Shown: piece by piece, positions 60,049-62,052 of the stretch
How the letters are laid out: each line of letters begins with the position of its first letter
Numbering within the stretch: the first letter of the stretch is position 1
From: a virus
Taxonomy: Duplodnaviria > Caudoviricetes
DNA: 62,052 nucleotides
Reading direction: 5' to 3' (one strand)
IMG/VR virus record: IMGVR_UViG_3300017766_002106
Coordinates: 1 to 62,052 of that record
Notes under the pieces: generated by a model
Seen by the model: only the letters and a program-made list of their open reading frames with translations
The model's database searches: none
What the model was told of the DNA's origin: nothing
Translations under genes and position numbers: made by a program

Positions 60049-61290
60049 ATGAGGAACGTGATCCAACTCCGCCCCCACCAACAAGTTGCCCTTGATGCCC
60101 TGCGCCAGAACGCCAAAGGTATCTGTGTGTTCCCCACTGGCGGTGGTAAGACCAACGTGGGTATCTTTGATGCGATGGATCAATTCATCAACTCTGATGC
60201 TCCTCAGACCATCGTAGTGGTTGCTCCCCGTATTCTGCTGGCAGAGCAACTCTCCAGCGAGTATCTTGAGTTTATCACCAATGCTTCCGTGTTCCACGTT
60301 CATAGTGGTGAGACTCATCACGAGAGCAGCACTTCTCCCTCCAAGATCTTCAACTGGTTTGAGAACAACAAGACCTCGCACAAACTGATCTTCACCACCT
60401 ATAACTCCCTTGAGCGTCTTGTTGATGCTGAGGTTGAGGTGGATACGATCTACTTTGACGAGGCACACAATAGCGTTCAGCGCCACTTCTTCCCTGCGAC
60501 TGAGCACTTCAGTCAGGAAGCAAAGCGTTGCTATTTCTTCACCGCAACTCCTAAGCATTCTCTGGCAGTTGGCAAACCTGGTATGAACGATGTTGCTGTC
60601 TACGGACAAATCATCGCCAAGGTTCCTGCACCCGAACTGGTGGAGGGTGGTTACATCATCCCTCCTAAGGTGATTGCAACGGAAATGCGCCTCTCTGTTC
60701 CTGGTGAGGATGTTGCTATGCGCGATTGTGAGTATCTGCTGCAGATCATTCAGGACAATCCTGTCAACAAGATCCTGGTGTGTGCCAAGGCAACCAAGCA
60801 TATCATCAATCTGCTTTCTGAGTCTGATTTTGCTGAGCAGATTGCCGAGCAAGGTTACTCTGTGATGCACATTACTGCCAAGCACGGTGCCCATATCGAT
60901 GGGCAGAAAGTCAACCGCGAGGTGTTCTTCGACACTCTCAACGAGTGGGGTAAGGATGCCGACAAGAAGTTTGTGGTTCTCCACCACAGCATCCTTGCCG
61001 AGGGTATCAACATCTCCGCACTTGAGGCAGTTGTTTTCCTGCGCTCTATGGATATTGTGGGTATCGGTCAGACTGTTGGACGCACTCTGCGCCTTCATCC
61101 TGCTGATGCTGCTGGTATTCGCTCTGGCGCTATTCGGGCAGGTGATCTGGCATCTTACACCAAATCTTACGGTTTGGTGATCTGCCCCGTGTTCGACAAG
61201 AATACGACCTCTACTGCCAAGAAAGTTCAGAACGTTGTTGACATCATCTTCCAGCAGGGTGATGTGGCAGTGTCGGTGGTTCGCAAGTGA
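60049..61290 (+). CDS. SF2 DEAH helicase (restriction-enzyme-type)
   Basis: LRPHQ, PTGGGKT, DEAH, TATP, LAEGIN, QTVGRTLR. Confidence 0.9.
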   Translation: MRNVIQLRPHQQVALDALRQNAKGICVFPTGGGKTNVGIFDAMDQFINSDAPQTIVVVAPRILLAEQLSSEYLEFITNASVFHVHSGETHHESSTSPSKIFNWFENNKTSHKLIFTTYNSLERLVDAEVEVDTIYFDEAHNSVQRHFFPATEHFSQEAKRCYFFTATPKHSLAVGKPGMNDVAVYGQIIAKVPAPELVEGGYIIPPKVIATEMRLSVPGEDVAMRDCEYLLQIIQDNPVNKILVCAKATKHIINLLSESDFAEQIAEQGYSVMHITAKHGAHIDGQKVNREVFFDTLNEWGKDADKKFVVLHHSILAEGINISALEAVVFLRSMDIVGIGQTVGRTLRLHPADAAGIRSGAIRAGDLASYTKSYGLVICPVFDKNTTSTAKKVQNVVDIIFQQGDVAVSVVRK

Positions 61291-61427
61291 TCCACCCCCC
61301 TGCCTGAAGCGGTTCCCTCACCCCAAACCCCTTGCGGTCACTGGGGTGAAAACCCGATTTTCTTGCAATTCTGCGGTAAGGGTGCTATCATACCTTCGCC
61401 GCGTTCCCACGACCGATTTTTTAATTT

Positions 61428-61598
61428 ATGGAAGGATTTGAAACAGAAGATGGGTATGCTGCTGTTCCTTGGGGCAAAAGGTTAGTCATCATTTATGGTG
61501 GTTATCAATTGACCGATGTGAGCACAGTAAGGCAAGCACATAAGTTCATCAAAGAACATCGCACCAATCCACAAACTGGCACAGTATTTGTTCAATAG
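61428..61598 (+). CDS. Hypothetical protein, 56 aa
   Basis: MEGFETEDGYAAVPWGKRLVIIYGG... Confidence 0.6.
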   Translation: MEGFETEDGYAAVPWGKRLVIIYGGYQLTDVSTVRQAHKFIKEHRTNPQTGTVFVQ

Positions 61599-61616
61599 AG
61601 GTTTTTTTCAACTACA

Positions 61617-61835
61617 ATGACTTCAACTCTGACTAAACAAGTGAAAAAGAAATTTGTGAATGTAACTCCTATGAGTTCAAAAGCAAAAAATAGGTTTATT
61701 AACAATATGGATTGCTTTCATGCTTGCGAAGTTGAGCAGGAAAGGGATGGTAAATTGTTTCTTGTTTCATTGAATCGTAAATACTGCTTTTGGTTGCAGA
61801 AGGAAGGAAACGAACACTGGAAGGTTGAAAAATGA
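61617..61835 (+). CDS. Hypothetical protein
   Basis: 72-aa ORF, V.P.SSKAKNRF.N.M...FL.SLNRKYCFW. Confidence 0.7.
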   Translation: MTSTLTKQVKKKFVNVTPMSSKAKNRFINNMDCFHACEVEQERDGKLFLVSLNRKYCFWLQKEGNEHWKVEK

Positions 61836-62052
61836 TTGGATTGATTGCTGGTCTTGCATGTGGCGTAGCTACATATTATGGTGTAGGAGATGGTTTCCAT
61901 GGGCAAGTCACCGCTAACGGCGAACGGTTTGATGCTTATCGTTGGACTGCAGCTCATCCTCATCTACCTATGGGGACACGCATCAGGGTGACAAATCAAG
62001 ATAATCTCAAACAAGTGACAGTGCGAGTAAATGATCGCGGTCCTTATTCTCA
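61832..62052 (+). CDS. rlpA: RlpA-like double-psi beta-barrel lytic transglycosylase (3' truncated by window edge)
   Basis: ATYYG..DGFHGQVTANGERFD...TAAHPHLPMGTRIRVTN...VTVRVNDRGPY. Confidence 0.85.
   Translation, partial: MIGLIAGLACGVATYYGVGDGFHGQVTANGERFDAYRWTAAHPHLPMGTRIRVTNQDNLKQVTVRVNDRGPYS

Noticed and set aside
60031-61098. 355-aa antisense ORF over the helicase (also 10498-11286 over gp32 and 59378-59935)
   Set aside because: Shadow ORFs opposite well-supported genes with biased codon use; no motifs

Overview
An AT-rich segment of a T4-like cyanophage (cyanomyovirus) genome. It begins in the 3' end of the photosystem II gene psbD. Next come auxiliary and metabolic genes (two-domain glycosyltransferase, glutaredoxin, speD, thyX, phoH) and T4-type replication/late-transcription genes (gp33, gp59, gp32). 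A baseplate/tail block follows (gp53, gp48, gp4, gp54-like, gp26, gp51, two tape-measure/hub-like giants with peptidoglycan hydrolase domains, cp12, gp5), then about 28 kb of tail-fibre/adhesin-like genes interrupted by a tRNA-Thr and a Mom-like gene. The window ends in an early-type region with a split DNA methyltransferase, a ParB-like protein, an SF2 helicase and a partial RlpA-like gene. The strongest candidates for undescribed biology are: (1) a canonical T-TTT-TTC -1 slippery site that would fuse gp26 to gp51, like lambda G/GT, directly upstream of the tape-measure-like genes; (2) a gamma-type adenine methyltransferase split into two overlapping genes in permuted order, near a nuclease-less Type ISP-like helicase; (3) a tandem glutamine-riboswitch-like leader over a 28-aa peptide; (4) an identical 20-nt repeat (TSGTIYGDP) marking module boundaries in the tape-measure-like proteins; (5) paired fibre + glycine-rich adhesin cassettes with variable domain copy number; (6) recurrent promoter/terminator overlaps that predict small RNAs. 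All family assignments come from motif recognition by eye; no database search was run.
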